DNA of 63,832 nucleotides, the filler included. It is 6 parts of 6 records of this genome, joined end to end, with 100 filler letters (N's around TTAATTAATTAA, not from the genome) between each part and the next. Parts side by side here need not be neighbours in the genome. Positions count along the whole stretch, not along the records: positions 11,731 to 19,506 come from SRR31156797_22309; positions 19,607 to 25,673 come from SRR31156797_22315; 4 more parts are not named here. The stretch is one strand, 5' to 3'. The notes below the pieces were generated by a model, which saw only the letters and a list, made by a program, of their open reading frames with translations, did not search any database and was not told the DNA's origin. A program made the position numbers and the translations under genes. Numbering within the stretch: position 1 is the stretch's first letter; every line of letters begins with the position of its first letter. Below are positions 11,952-21,992 of the stretch, in pieces.

Positions 11952-13484
11952 TTAGTATCCCGGATTCTGATCTTCGGTATTCATCTCGTTATTAGCAATA
12001 ATCTCATTTTGAGGTATTGGGAACAACTCGTGTTTACCTGCCTGATATCCCAGGTCTCCCATCTCTTGTGAGGCTAATCCCCAGCGAACCAAATCCCAGT
12101 ATCGGCTTCCCTCGAATGACAACTCCAGTTGACGCTCTTTTACAATCGCGTTAAAAACGTCACCAGAAGAAGTAATTGCAGGCAACTGAGCCCGGGTACG
12201 AACTTTATTGAGTTCGACTAATGCATTGTCATCTTCTCCTGTAAAGTGATACGCTTCTGCAGCCATCAATAAAACGTCGGCGTAGCGAAGCAGGCGCCAG
12301 TTTATTGAATAGTTCAGGTCAGGAATACCCTGGTCGCTTGTTTCTGATGGGCGAGTTACATATTTCAAGCGCATGTAACCTTCGTAATCGTGTGCATTGT
12401 CATCTAATACAACTCCTCCGGTTGCTTCAAAATCGGCTTCCGAGATTAATGTTGCAGAACCACGTACTACATCATTTTCTGCTTCGAACGCCTGACCGAT
12501 TTTAGCTGATGGCATATTAAAGCCCCATCCATTGCTGACAGGCAACGAAGAGTTGGAAAGGTCGAATAAATCGCTACGCGGCCCTTGTAACTGCACTTCA
12601 ATATTACTTTCGTTTCCGCCACCCCATGGAAATGTTCCCCAATCGTAAAACTCCTGTGACGTATATGACATTTCTAACAGAGATTCAACACCGAACTCTG
12701 ATTCTTTTAACCATACATTCGCGTAATCAGCTTCCAAATCATATTCGCCACTGTTTATTACAGCAGTTAGCTGGGTTACAGCCTCGCTGTATTTTTCCTG
12801 ATAGAGGTATGCTTTTCCCAGAAATGCTTGTGCAGTTCCTTTTGAGAATCGGAATTTATCTGCGGCGGAGTACTCGCTTTTTAATGGTAAATCGACAATT
12901 GCTTCGGTAAAATCTTTTTCAATTTGAGCATACACATCGGCAGCCGATGCCCTTGGTTGATGATATGCTGCCTCTTCTGTTGGATTTACAGTCATTAATG
13001 GTACACCTCCAAAAAGTGTAACCAATTCAAAATAAGAATATGCCCTAATTGCTTTTGCTTCAGCAATCAACTCTGCTTTCCCTTCTGTATTGCCTTCTAC
13101 TTTATTAATAATAGTATTGGAAGCACTAATGGTATTGTAAAAATTGGTCCAGATAATTTCCAGTTTGGTGTTATCTGTTTGAATAGCAAAATCATCAATA
13201 TTCTGATAACCGGTTTGGTCTCCCTCGCTTGAGCCAGCCATACAATCGTCGGCAGGCAGGTTTTTTACGAAGTACACACTTGCCCAACTTCCGCTTGAAA
13301 AATTCTCTTGCATTTTATTGTAAACACCAATCATAGCCGTTTTTACCTCTTCTTCGGTTTGAAGATATGATTCACTGGTTAAACGTCCTGTTGGATCAAC
13401 ATCTAAAAAGCTTTCATTACATGAGCTAAAAAACAGCACTACCGTAAGGCCGGCAAATAATATATATCTATTAAATAATTTCAT
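11952..13484 (-). CDS. SusD/RagB family nutrient-binding lipoprotein
   Basis: Lipobox FSSC, AEAKAIRAYSYFELV..FGGVP, LLRYADVLLMAAEA, ERQLELSFEGSRYWDLVRW, PIPQNEI...QNPGY; directly downstream of SusC. Confidence 0.95.
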   Translation of the reverse strand: MKLFNRYILFAGLTVVLFFSSCNESFLDVDPTGRLTSESYLQTEEEVKTAMIGVYNKMQENFSSGSWASVYFVKNLPADDCMAGSSEGDQTGYQNIDDFAIQTDNTKLEIIWTNFYNTISASNTIINKVEGNTEGKAELIAEAKAIRAYSYFELVTLFGGVPLMTVNPTEEAAYHQPRASAADVYAQIEKDFTEAIVDLPLKSEYSAADKFRFSKGTAQAFLGKAYLYQEKYSEAVTQLTAVINSGEYDLEADYANVWLKESEFGVESLLEMSYTSQEFYDWGTFPWGGGNESNIEVQLQGPRSDLFDLSNSSLPVSNGWGFNMPSAKIGQAFEAENDVVRGSATLISEADFEATGGVVLDDNAHDYEGYMRLKYVTRPSETSDQGIPDLNYSINWRLLRYADVLLMAAEAYHFTGEDDNALVELNKVRTRAQLPAITSSGDVFNAIVKERQLELSFEGSRYWDLVRWGLASQEMGDLGYQAGKHELFPIPQNEIIANNEMNTEDQNPGY

Positions 13485-13502
13485 TGTCAATAGTTTTTTT
13501 GA

Positions 13503-16500
13503 TTAAAAATTAACTGAGAATCCAAACAATACTTTACCTGCAATTGGGTAAATACCGCGGTCTACCCCCTGGCGGTTGTCGGTAGAACTACCGGCTTCAG
13601 GATCCAGTCCTTCGTATTTGGTAAATGTGAAATAATCATCTACCGAAACAAATACCCGGGCACGATCGATGCTTACAGCCTGAGTAAGATTCGAAGGCAA
13701 AGTATAACCCAGCTGAATTTGTTTTATACGCAGGTAAGAACCATCAGATATCATCAGGTCGCTGCGGTAAACATAGTCGCTTGTGTTATTTGCCGCCGGC
13801 CGACTGGCATTTGTATTTGTAGCAGTCCATCTGTTCTCGTACATAAACAATGGTTTATTCGAAAACGGACGATCAGAACGGAACCAGCCCATAAATACAT
13901 CGTTGCCTTTAGTTCCCTGAATAAACAGGTTTAAATCAAATCCTTTGTATTCGCAATTAAAAGTAGCTCCATAAAGAAAATCTGGAATTGGATCTCCAAT
14001 ATAAGTCTGATCGGCGGCTGTTATTTCTCCATCATTATCGGTATCAACAATTATTGGATCTCCGTTTGTAGCATCAATTCCTGCAGTTTCATATCCTTTA
14101 AAATACCAGATTGGGTAACCTTCTTCAAACCAGGTTAGGCTGTGTCCGCGCAAGTTATCGCCGGCAACTGGTGAATCAACTTTAAGGCTCGAAACTTTAT
14201 TGTCTAAAGTTGAAAGGTTCATATTCACACTGTATTGGAAATCACCAATTTCATCACGAAAACCTGCCTCGAAATCGAAACCTTTATTTACTACATCTCC
14301 ACCGTTAACAAAAGGATAATCATTACCTACTGAAAGAGGACCTGTTCCCTGAACGATCAAATCCTTTGTCTTTTTATTGTAATAGTCAACAGAGAAACTT
14401 AGTCGGCTGTTAAAGGCACGAATATCAAGTCCAATATCCAGCTGACTTGTACGTTCCCATTTTAAATCAGTATTTACCAGTTGGTCGATTTCTGCTCCCG
14501 ACTGATAAACGTTATCTGCCCCCGGATATTGGATTCCTCCAAAAACCCAGAACTCCTGATCTTCATTACCCGGCAAGTTGGCTTTACTTCCGTTTTCACC
14601 CCAACTTCCTCTTAGTTTTAAATAGTCCAGGTTATTTACAGAAAAGAAATCTTCTTCAGACACAACCCATCCCATGGATGCTGCCGGGAAATAGGCTGCC
14701 CTGTTATTTTTTGGAAATACACTTGATGCATCGCGACGAAGTGAAAGCTCAACCATATATCTATAAAGGTAGCTGTATGACAGCCTTCCAAAATACGAAT
14801 TCATGGTCTCTTCTACGTATGCACCACCCACTCTGTCAAATTCGGCAGATGTTGTATAATCCTGGTATGCGTATTGTTCTCCTTCAGCAATTAGCGGACC
14901 TGAGTGCATATACCAGTTTGGCGCCTGAGATTTCTGAGCCGAGTACCCTGCCAGCATTGTAAACTCATGGTCTTCTATTTCGAAATTATAAGATGCAAAA
15001 TTCTCCCAAAGCCAGGTATAATATTTATCCACATTGTCGTCTACCGTGGTCATGGTATTTTGGTTTTCGCTTGAGAAATAGTATTCCGGCGCCCAATTAT
15101 GATTTGTCTGGTACGTTAAATCCAAACCAATTCGAGAGGTAATAGAAAGTCCTTCAAAAGGTTTAATGGTAGCGTAAGCCGTTCCCAGAATTTTGTCTTG
15201 CTGAATTGTATTATGATAAGTTTGCAACAAAGCTAATGGATTGGCAGTTTCACCGGTTACATGCTCAGCCAAACCATAATATTGGCCACTCTGGTTTTGC
15301 AATACTGTATATCCCTGATTTAAAAGTGCCTGCACATTATCAGGTGTTCCATCGTAAACAACCGGAGTTAAGGGATCGATCAGCAAAGTGTTATTAACAA
15401 CACTTCGATATTCGTCATCTTCACCAACATATTTTTGTTTTGAATGTGAAAAGCTGAAATTATTCCCAACTTCAAGCCAGTCGTTTACACTACTTTTAGC
15501 ATTTACACGGGCAGTATAACGTTGGTATTTTGCTTTGTCGCCTCCAACAATACCATCCTGGTCGAAATATGAACCGGAGATCATATAACTTGATTTTTCG
15601 TTCCCTGAGGAATAGCTGATATGATGCTTTTGCATGGGTGCATTTTCCAGTACCTGATCCATCCAATCGGTATCTACACCGGTTAATTCAACTGATCCTG
15701 CACCCGATTCCTCCATCCATTGTTTATACTGTTCTGCATTCATCAGGTCCATATTGCTTCGCGAGCTTTGAATACCATATTGAAAACTGTAACTAATATC
15801 AGCAGTTTCTCCTTTCGATCCTGACTTTGTTGTAATGATGATAACACCGTTTGCACCTTCGGTACCGTAAATAGCTGCCGAAGCAGCATCTTTTAATACT
15901 TCCATCGATTCTATATCGGCAGGATCAATGTTATTGATATCACCTGTTTTCATCCCGTCGACGATAAATAATGGATTTGAATTTCCATTAGAGTTTACAC
16001 CGCGAATACGGATTTTAGTGCTTGCACCCGGCGATCCGGAAGTAGAAAGAACTGAAACTCCGGCTGTTTGGCCTTGAATTGCCTGATCGGCACGTGCAAC
16101 AGGAACATTTTGTAAATCTTCAGCTTTTACACTTGAAATTGCTCCGGTTACCAGGCTCTTTTTTTGCACACCATAACCTACTGCTATAACTTCTTCCAGC
16201 CCAATTGATTCTTCTTCAAGAACAACATTGATAACAACTTTTCCTGCAGCCGCAATTTCCTGGGTTTTCATACCCACAAACGAGTATACAAGAATCGCAT
16301 TTTCAGGTACATTCTCAATAGAATAATTCCCATCAAAATCGGTAATGGTACCGTTGGTAGTTCCTTTAAGAAGTATGGTAACTCCCGGCAAAGGAATATT
16401 CCCCGAATCAGTAATTTTACCTGTTATGGTTTTTTGTTCCTGGTCTGCCTTTGTCGAAACACTTTCAGCACGCAAGGCAATTTGTTTGTCTTCTATTTTA

Positions 16501-16832
16501 TAGGCGATATTTGTGCCTTTAAAAGTTTCGTCAAGAATTTGAGTAATCGAATTGTCTGTACAACTGATGCTGGTACGTTGATTTACATTTATCACCGAGG
16601 CATCGTACATAAAATAAAATTCCGATTCACTCTCAATTTTATTCAGAATATTTACGATCAATTCATTTTCAAAAGATAAGCTTAGCCTGGTTGTTTGCGA
16701 ATAGGTGTTCGATGCCAACATTTGCATCGTTCCAACCAGTAAGAAGAACATTATAGCTCTCATAGTTTTGAACAATTTTGATTTCCAAATTGATGACAAT
16801 GCGGAAACCGTTAAATAAAGATTTTTTTTCAT
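13503..16832 (-). CDS. SusC/RagA TonB-dependent transporter with N-terminal STN signalling domain (transducer type)
   Basis: N-terminal extension, GTITDFDGNY, VGYGVQKK, LKDAASAAIYG...ANGVIIITTK, LKWERT, C-terminal Phe. Confidence 0.96.
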   Translation of the reverse strand: MKKNLYLTVSALSSIWKSKLFKTMRAIMFFLLVGTMQMLASNTYSQTTRLSLSFENELIVNILNKIESESEFYFMYDASVINVNQRTSISCTDNSITQILDETFKGTNIAYKIEDKQIALRAESVSTKADQEQKTITGKITDSGNIPLPGVTILLKGTTNGTITDFDGNYSIENVPENAILVYSFVGMKTQEIAAAGKVVINVVLEEESIGLEEVIAVGYGVQKKSLVTGAISSVKAEDLQNVPVARADQAIQGQTAGVSVLSTSGSPGASTKIRIRGVNSNGNSNPLFIVDGMKTGDINNIDPADIESMEVLKDAASAAIYGTEGANGVIIITTKSGSKGETADISYSFQYGIQSSRSNMDLMNAEQYKQWMEESGAGSVELTGVDTDWMDQVLENAPMQKHHISYSSGNEKSSYMISGSYFDQDGIVGGDKAKYQRYTARVNAKSSVNDWLEVGNNFSFSHSKQKYVGEDDEYRSVVNNTLLIDPLTPVVYDGTPDNVQALLNQGYTVLQNQSGQYYGLAEHVTGETANPLALLQTYHNTIQQDKILGTAYATIKPFEGLSITSRIGLDLTYQTNHNWAPEYYFSSENQNTMTTVDDNVDKYYTWLWENFASYNFEIEDHEFTMLAGYSAQKSQAPNWYMHSGPLIAEGEQYAYQDYTTSAEFDRVGGAYVEETMNSYFGRLSYSYLYRYMVELSLRRDASSVFPKNNRAAYFPAASMGWVVSEEDFFSVNNLDYLKLRGSWGENGSKANLPGNEDQEFWVFGGIQYPGADNVYQSGAEIDQLVNTDLKWERTSQLDIGLDIRAFNSRLSFSVDYYNKKTKDLIVQGTGPLSVGNDYPFVNGGDVVNKGFDFEAGFRDEIGDFQYSVNMNLSTLDNKVSSLKVDSPVAGDNLRGHSLTWFEEGYPIWYFKGYETAGIDATNGDPIIVDTDNDGEITAADQTYIGDPIPDFLYGATFNCEYKGFDLNLFIQGTKGNDVFMGWFRSDRPFSNKPLFMYENRWTATNTNASRPAANNTSDYVYRSDLMISDGSYLRIKQIQLGYTLPSNLTQAVSIDRARVFVSVDDYFTFTKYEGLDPEAGSSTDNRQGVDRGIYPIAGKVLFGFSVNF

Positions 16833-16914
16833 AAATTTGTTTTGATTTTGGATTAATACAATTCAAAATAATTTGCCTCGGGCTTGAAAAGATGAGGCTG
16901 ATAAAATTTTACAG

Positions 16915-16945
16915 AAGAGGGTTGTTGTCGCAACTCTCTTTTTTT
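16915..16945 (+). terminator. Intrinsic terminator oriented antisense to susC (possible end of a cis-antisense sRNA)
   Basis: Stem AAGAGGGTTG/CAACTCTCTT with loop TTGTCG, then a T run on the + strand, in the fecR-susC intergenic region. Confidence 0.6.
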
Positions 16946-16997
16946 ACAATAAGTTCATTCAGATTTTATGTCATAGGTTTATATTTTAGTTCGTTAA

Positions 16998-18020
16998 TTA
17001 GTTTATTGTTTCTTTGGTTATTATAATTTTGGGTTTTTCGTCAGATTTTGTTTTGTTTACAATTTCACAATCTACCGGACAAGTATAACTGATCAACCTG
17101 AATATTTGTTCGTAGCCTTCGTTGGTTATTGTACCGGTAAATATCGAATTGTAAACTTCTTCATCTATTATTTCTACTTCTACGTTGTACCAACGTTCAA
17201 GTTTTTCAATTACTTCTTTCATCGGGTCGTTTTGGAACATCAGCACACCATTTTTCCAGGATGAGAATTTTGCCACATCAATTTCTGCAATATTAAGTTT
17301 GTTCTGCGTTAAATCGAATTGAGCGATCTCTCCGGGTTTTAGCTGGTAATTAAACGATTCGTTTTGTGAATGATTTAGCTGAACGCTACCAGATTCAAGT
17401 ACAACTTTAATTTCTCCTGTTTCGGGGTATGCCTCTACATCAAATTCGGTACCCAGCACTTTTACAATAAGTTGCTCGTTTTGCACAAAAAATGGTTTGC
17501 CGGCGTTTTTCGAAACCTGAAAAAATGCCTCACCACTCAAATGAACCCTTCTCTCTTTCTCTATTTCATTTTCGTGGTATGAAAGTGTTGTACTTGAATT
17601 TAACCAAACTATTGAACTATCGGGTAAAATAACTTTTGACCGTTGTCCCTCTTCGGTAATTACCGAGGTGAAATAATTTATAGCCGTGTTTTCGGGAGTT
17701 GGCTTAAACCAGTTGAAATACATCTGCAAGCCAAGCAGAACAACAAAAATTGCTGCATAAGGAAGAACTCTTTTTATGGTTCGCATTCGACCAGCCGATT
17801 TTTTTTGCTGAATTCCCTTTTCAATATTATTGAACATTTTGCGGGAATTTACTTTTATATCATCGGTAAATTCAAATTTACTCCAGTCATTCTCCAGTTC
17901 GTTTTTCAGTTCTGCATTTCCTTCTCTGCTGTTCAACCAACAAAACAGGTTTTTCAATTCGTCATTCGAATTCTGATTACTAAAAAATGATTGGATAACA
18001 TGCTTTTTGTTTGACTTCAT
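16998..18020 (-). CDS. FecR-family anti-sigma factor
   Basis: Single TM, ILPDSSIVWLNSSTTL, LSGEAFFQV, VKVLGTEF, SWKNGVL.F...LERWYNV. Confidence 0.92.
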   Translation of the reverse strand: MKSNKKHVIQSFFSNQNSNDELKNLFCWLNSREGNAELKNELENDWSKFEFTDDIKVNSRKMFNNIEKGIQQKKSAGRMRTIKRVLPYAAIFVVLLGLQMYFNWFKPTPENTAINYFTSVITEEGQRSKVILPDSSIVWLNSSTTLSYHENEIEKERRVHLSGEAFFQVSKNAGKPFFVQNEQLIVKVLGTEFDVEAYPETGEIKVVLESGSVQLNHSQNESFNYQLKPGEIAQFDLTQNKLNIAEIDVAKFSSWKNGVLMFQNDPMKEVIEKLERWYNVEVEIIDEEVYNSIFTGTITNEGYEQIFRLISYTCPVDCEIVNKTKSDEKPKIIITKETIN

Positions 18021-18122
18021 TTACTGATTGTTTGATAGTAATACGCAAAACAGGAAGATTACTATTACTCAAAAATGAAAAAAAATTGTCTCAGAACAAT
18101 TATATAACAGATTTGCAGTGTT

Positions 18123-18698
18123 TTAACCCAAAAATAAAATTAGAAGTAAAAGGCTATATTTTTTGAATTCTTCTTTCATGTATCTGTTTGCTTTCATAAG
18201 CTGACTGTCTACCGTTGCAATCGAAACCTCCAGTTTTTCAGCTATTTCTTTTCTTGACAGGTTTTCTATTCTGCGTAAACGGAATATTTCTTTTCTTTTT
18301 GGTGGCAGCCCTTCTAAAATGGAATTAATAATATTTCGGGTTTCTTTATAAATAATGTAGTTTTCAGAATTATTGCTGTCAATTTCGCCATAAATTTCAG
18401 GATGATCTTCAAAAACTTTTTGGTTGATCTTTTTTCTGGTTAGCGAGATAAACGAATTCTTAGCTATTTTGAACAGAAAGCCGTCGAACGAGTACCCTTC
18501 AACAAATTCTTCTCGTTTTTCCCATATTTTTATAAAGGTTTCCTGTACAATTTCCTCAGCATCTTCTTTTGAATTTAGCAGACGAAAAAGATAGGCGTAA
18601 AGTTTTTTATGGTATTTATTAAAAAGCTGCTCAAACGCTTTTGAATCTCCTTTTTTAAATGCCCTTATTAATAATATGTCATCCTCTTTTTGCCCCAA
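18123..18698 (-). CDS. ECF sigma-70 factor (Bacteroidota family)
   Basis: AFEQLFNKY, DAEEIVQETFIKIWEKR, LPPKRKEIF.L.R.E.LS.KEIAEKL; upstream of fecR; TTG start. Confidence 0.92.
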   Translation of the reverse strand: MGQKEDDILLIRAFKKGDSKAFEQLFNKYHKKLYAYLFRLLNSKEDAEEIVQETFIKIWEKREEFVEGYSFDGFLFKIAKNSFISLTRKKINQKVFEDHPEIYGEIDSNNSENYIIYKETRNIINSILEGLPPKRKEIFRLRRIENLSRKEIAEKLEVSIATVDSQLMKANRYMKEEFKKYSLLLLILFLG

Positions 18699-18809
18699 TT
18701 ATAAAATTGCCTTTATTTGGTGTGCCAAATTACAAATAAGGTTTAAAAAAGCAATGGCATTTCATTCTGGAATATAAAATGAAGGAAATCTTCTGATTTC
18801 AATATTCTG

Positions 18810-19505
18810 TTATTTTGCATTTATTTCTCTTACACAATCTTTCACTTTTTTATTTCTGAGCATTTTAAGTGAAGAGAGGAAAGCATCGACAAAAATTTTG
18901 TTTTCAACTAAATCGCCAAATACCGGTTTAATCTGTAAAAAACGAATTGGATTTTCGTGCGACAAAGCGGCAGCCCTGATAAGTTCGTTGCTCAGTGCAT
19001 CTTCAATGCCATAAGTATTCCCGTTTTCATCAATCCCATCGTTATATTTACACCAGGCTGCAATTACAAAAGCAGCTCTCGAAATATTGGCTTTTCCCTT
19101 TAGTTGTGCTTTTATGGTTGGTAATAAAAAAATGGGGATTTTTGCAGAACTTTCCAAACAGATTCTTGAAATCAGGTCTTTGATGTAAATATTCTGAAAA
19201 CGTTCAATCAAGCTCTTTTTATATTTACCTAAATCAATTCCTCCCAAATCGCCCAATATTGGCGTAACCTCTTCATCCATAAATGCTTTCAAAAAGTAAC
19301 TAAAATCTTCATCAAGGGCAGCCTCGTCGATGGTTTTATACCCGTGCAACGCCCCTAACATTCCAAGTACTGTGTGCCCTGCGTTTAACAAGCGTAATTT
19401 CATGTTTTCAAAAGGAACAACATTTTCTACAAACTGAGCCCCAGCTTTTTCCCACTCGGGTCGGCCATTTTTAAAATCATCTTCAATTACCCACTGAATA
19501 AAAGG
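18810..19505 (-). CDS. Mannitol dehydrogenase family oxidoreductase (mannonate/fructuronate reductase-like), 5'-truncated
   Basis: Frame open to the gap: PFIQWVIEDDF..GRPEWE..GAQFV; MKLRLLNAGH; ERFQN..I.D...RI. Confidence 0.88.
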   Translation of the reverse strand, partial: PFIQWVIEDDFKNGRPEWEKAGAQFVENVVPFENMKLRLLNAGHTVLGMLGALHGYKTIDEAALDEDFSYFLKAFMDEEVTPILGDLGGIDLGKYKKSLIERFQNIYIKDLISRICLESSAKIPIFLLPTIKAQLKGKANISRAAFVIAAWCKYNDGIDENGNTYGIEDALSNELIRAAALSHENPIRFLQIKPVFGDLVENKIFVDAFLSSLKMLRNKKVKDCVREINAK

Positions 19506-19506
19506 C

Positions 19507-19606
19507 NNNNNNNNNNNNNNNNNNNNNNNNNNNNNNNNNNNNNNNNNNNNTTAATTAATTAANNNNNNNNNNNNNNNNNNNNNNNNNNNNNNNNNNNNNN
19601 NNNNNN
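19507..19606. other. Assembly spacer (contig join)
   Basis: N run with TTAATTAATTAA; base composition and gene content change across it. Confidence 0.98.
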
Positions 19607-19607
19607 A

Positions 19608-21047
19608 ACCAGGCTTCTGTCCCCCATATACGGCCCCAACAATGAAATATCCGGATGCCTGTCAATTCTTCAGGATAAACCTCCCATCGCGGATCTGATA
19701 AACCGGGTTAATTACGATCTAAGAAGCATGAATATCATTATCGACAATCTCGATATCGGCATCCTGACGGTTAACCGTGGAGGATACGTTACTTTTTTCA
19801 ATAGCGCGGCCGAAAAAATATCCGGATTCGACAGGAGCCTGATTATAGGCGAACCGGTTTCCATGCTCTTCAATAACGACAGAAAACGCGATCTGGGCAT
19901 GTTGCTGGAAGTCATGAAAGCAGGGCGGTCGCGAAAAAATATGAAGCTTTCCATTTCCAGTCCCGAGGGAGAACCCATACCCATTAGAACCGATTATATT
20001 CCCCTTAAAAACGAGTTCGGCAAGCCCTTTGGCGGCCTGGCCACCATACACGACCTGACCCTGCTGGAACAGCTGGACCAGGTCATCAGCGAAAAATACA
20101 GATTCCATAACATGGTGGGCAAACATTCTTCCATGCAGGCGGTTTTTGAAACAGTCAGCGTGGCCGCCCCAAGCGACGCCACCGTGCTTATCGAGGGCGC
20201 CACCGGCACGGGCAAGGATTTGCTGGCCAAAATCATCCATTCCGCCAGTCCCAGGCACAAAGAGAATATGGTTAAAGTTAATTGCGCCGCACTGCCGGAT
20301 AATCTGCTGGAATCCGAAATGTTCGGCTATGTAAAGGGTGCATTTACCGGTGCGGATCGGGATAAACCCGGACGTTTTCAAATCGCCGAGGGCGGTACTA
20401 TATTCCTGGACGAAATAGGAGATATGCCTCTTTTTTTACAGGCCAAACTATTAAGGGTCCTGGATGACAAGGAATTTTATCCCCTGGGCGGACGGGATAC
20501 GGTTAAGGTTGACGTTCGTATTCTCTCCGCCACAAATAGAAACCTGGCGGAATTGGTTGCCAAGGGATTGTTCCGTGAAGACTTGTTCTACAGGCTTAAT
20601 GTGCTGAGAATCGAATTGCCCAGCCTCAGGGAAAGAAAGTCCGACCTGCCCATGCTTATACGCCACATTATCCGCAAGCTTTGCTCGGCCCGGGAAGGAC
20701 GCAACGTTGATGTCTCGGATGAAGCCCTGGCCGTTCTCATGAACTACGACTTCCCCGGTAATGTTCGTGAACTGGAAAACATACTCGAACACGCCCTTAT
20801 CGTTTGCCGGGGCGACGCCATCTACCCTAAGCATATGCAGGGATGCTTGCAGCAGTGTAATACCGAAGGACTTATAAGCGAAGAATTATCCGTGAAGCCG
20901 GACGGTGAATCGGCGCCTATCGATCGGGAAAAGGTCATACAAATGTTGCAGCAAAACGGTTGGCGGCGTCAGGATACTGCCCGTGCATTGGGCGTCGACC
21001 GAACCACCTTGTGGAGAAAAATGAAAAAATACGGCCTCATGCCCTGA
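19608..21047 (+). CDS. PAS-domain sigma-54 enhancer-binding protein (AAA+ and Fis HTH), 5'-truncated
   Basis: Frame open from contig start; PAS ([11 protein letters not shown]), [56 protein letters not shown]. Confidence 0.93.
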   Translation, partial: TRLLSPIYGPNNEISGCLSILQDKPPIADLINRVNYDLRSMNIIIDNLDIGILTVNRGGYVTFFNSAAEKISGFDRSLIIGEPVSMLFNNDRKRDLGMLLEVMKAGRSRKNMKLSISSPEGEPIPIRTDYIPLKNEFGKPFGGLATIHDLTLLEQLDQVISEKYRFHNMVGKHSSMQAVFETVSVAAPSDATVLIEGATGTGKDLLAKIIHSASPRHKENMVKVNCAALPDNLLESEMFGYVKGAFTGADRDKPGRFQIAEGGTIFLDEIGDMPLFLQAKLLRVLDDKEFYPLGGRDTVKVDVRILSATNRNLAELVAKGLFREDLFYRLNVLRIELPSLRERKSDLPMLIRHIIRKLCSAREGRNVDVSDEALAVLMNYDFPGNVRELENILEHALIVCRGDAIYPKHMQGCLQQCNTEGLISEELSVKPDGESAPIDREKVIQMLQQNGWRRQDTARALGVDRTTLWRKMKKYGLMP

Positions 21048-21124
21048 ATCCCGACATACGAGATTACTCTTCATTCGGTTCAAAATTAGTTTCACAAGTG
21101 CTCCATGAAGCATGTTGCATCAAC

Positions 21125-21224
21125 GTTGCAAAAATGTGCAACAGATTAATAAATTAATGTAAAACAATATGATGAATGATTAAAGCTTGGAGCGCTTCTC
21201 CTTGATGTGCAACATTTTGCAACG
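21125..21224. promoter_or_regulatory. Putative enhancer (UAS) sites for the sigma-54 activator
   Basis: GTTGCA-AAAATG-TGCAAC at 21125-21142 and an inverted near-copy TGTGCAACATTTTGCAACG at about 21206-21224. Confidence 0.6.
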
Positions 21225-21267
21225 TTCTTTGATTAATTCTTTCGCATCAAATCCCCTGCCAGCTAAA

Positions 21268-21280
21268 TAATATATTGATA
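21268..21280 (-). promoter_or_regulatory. IHF-binding consensus
   Basis: Minus strand TATCAA-TATA-TTA matches WATCAANNNNTTR; lies between the UAS and the -24/-12 element. Confidence 0.5.
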
Positions 21281-21310
21281 TTACAACCAAATAAAACAAA
21301 TAAATCACAA

Positions 21311-21326
21311 TGGCACATAGCGTGCA
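21311..21326 (+). promoter_or_regulatory. Sigma-54 (-24/-12) promoter
   Basis: TGGCAC-ATAGC-GTGCA: GG-N10-GC spacing, downstream of an EBP gene. Confidence 0.8.
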
Positions 21327-21403
21327 TTAATAAGAAAAATTAGATAATTAAAGTGTGTGCTATGTTGCATGCAACAGGAAGAGGCAAAATAAGGTTTTCC
21401 ATA

Positions 21404-21826
21404 ATGAAGGAAAAGAAAAAGAAAATACTGGTCGTGGACGACGAAAGGGAAATGAGGATTTTCCTGTCCACACTGTTGGAATCAGGAGGCTTCGAACCTA
21501 TTTTAGCGGCTGATGAAAATGAGGGATTGGATAAGGCCGGAAAAGAAAAACCAGACCTGATTATCCTGGATCTGATGATATCAGCCGCCGGCGTAATCCA
21601 AATGTACGCCCCCCTCGTTATAGACGAAAAACTCAATAAAATACCCGTCATCATGCTGTCGACCATCGATGAGCGCACCTTTTCCCACTACAGGAAAATG
21701 CAGAATATCCCATCCGAAAGCGGTAAAGGCAAGCCTGACGTGTTCATGGAAAAACCGCCCGAAGCCGAGGAACTGCTTAGACTGTTGTACAAACTGATTA
21801 AAAACACGGAAGGCGACATGCGTTAA
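21404..21826 (+). CDS. Single-domain response regulator receiver protein
   Basis: KILVVDDE, PDLIILDL, IPVIMLST, FMEKP; ATG 21404 preferred. Confidence 0.85.
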   Translation: MKEKKKKILVVDDEREMRIFLSTLLESGGFEPILAADENEGLDKAGKEKPDLIILDLMISAAGVIQMYAPLVIDEKLNKIPVIMLSTIDERTFSHYRKMQNIPSESGKGKPDVFMEKPPEAEELLRLLYKLIKNTEGDMR

Positions 21827-21992
21827 CCGGAAAATCTTGAAAGCCGGGATGAGACGCCCTGGCGTTCCATGAAGGGCCGGGACTTTGTGATTGCCTGAAA
21901 TAAAGAAAGAGAGTCGATGCCGGAGCTTAAAAGATATTTGCGGCCGGCCATTCTGTATGAATGATGCATTAATTAAGGAAAAGAGGAGACCC

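Noticed and set aside
11777-12071. Short ORFs 11777-11995 and 11823-12071
   Set aside because: They overlap tRNA-Gln, its terminator and the susD antisense strand.
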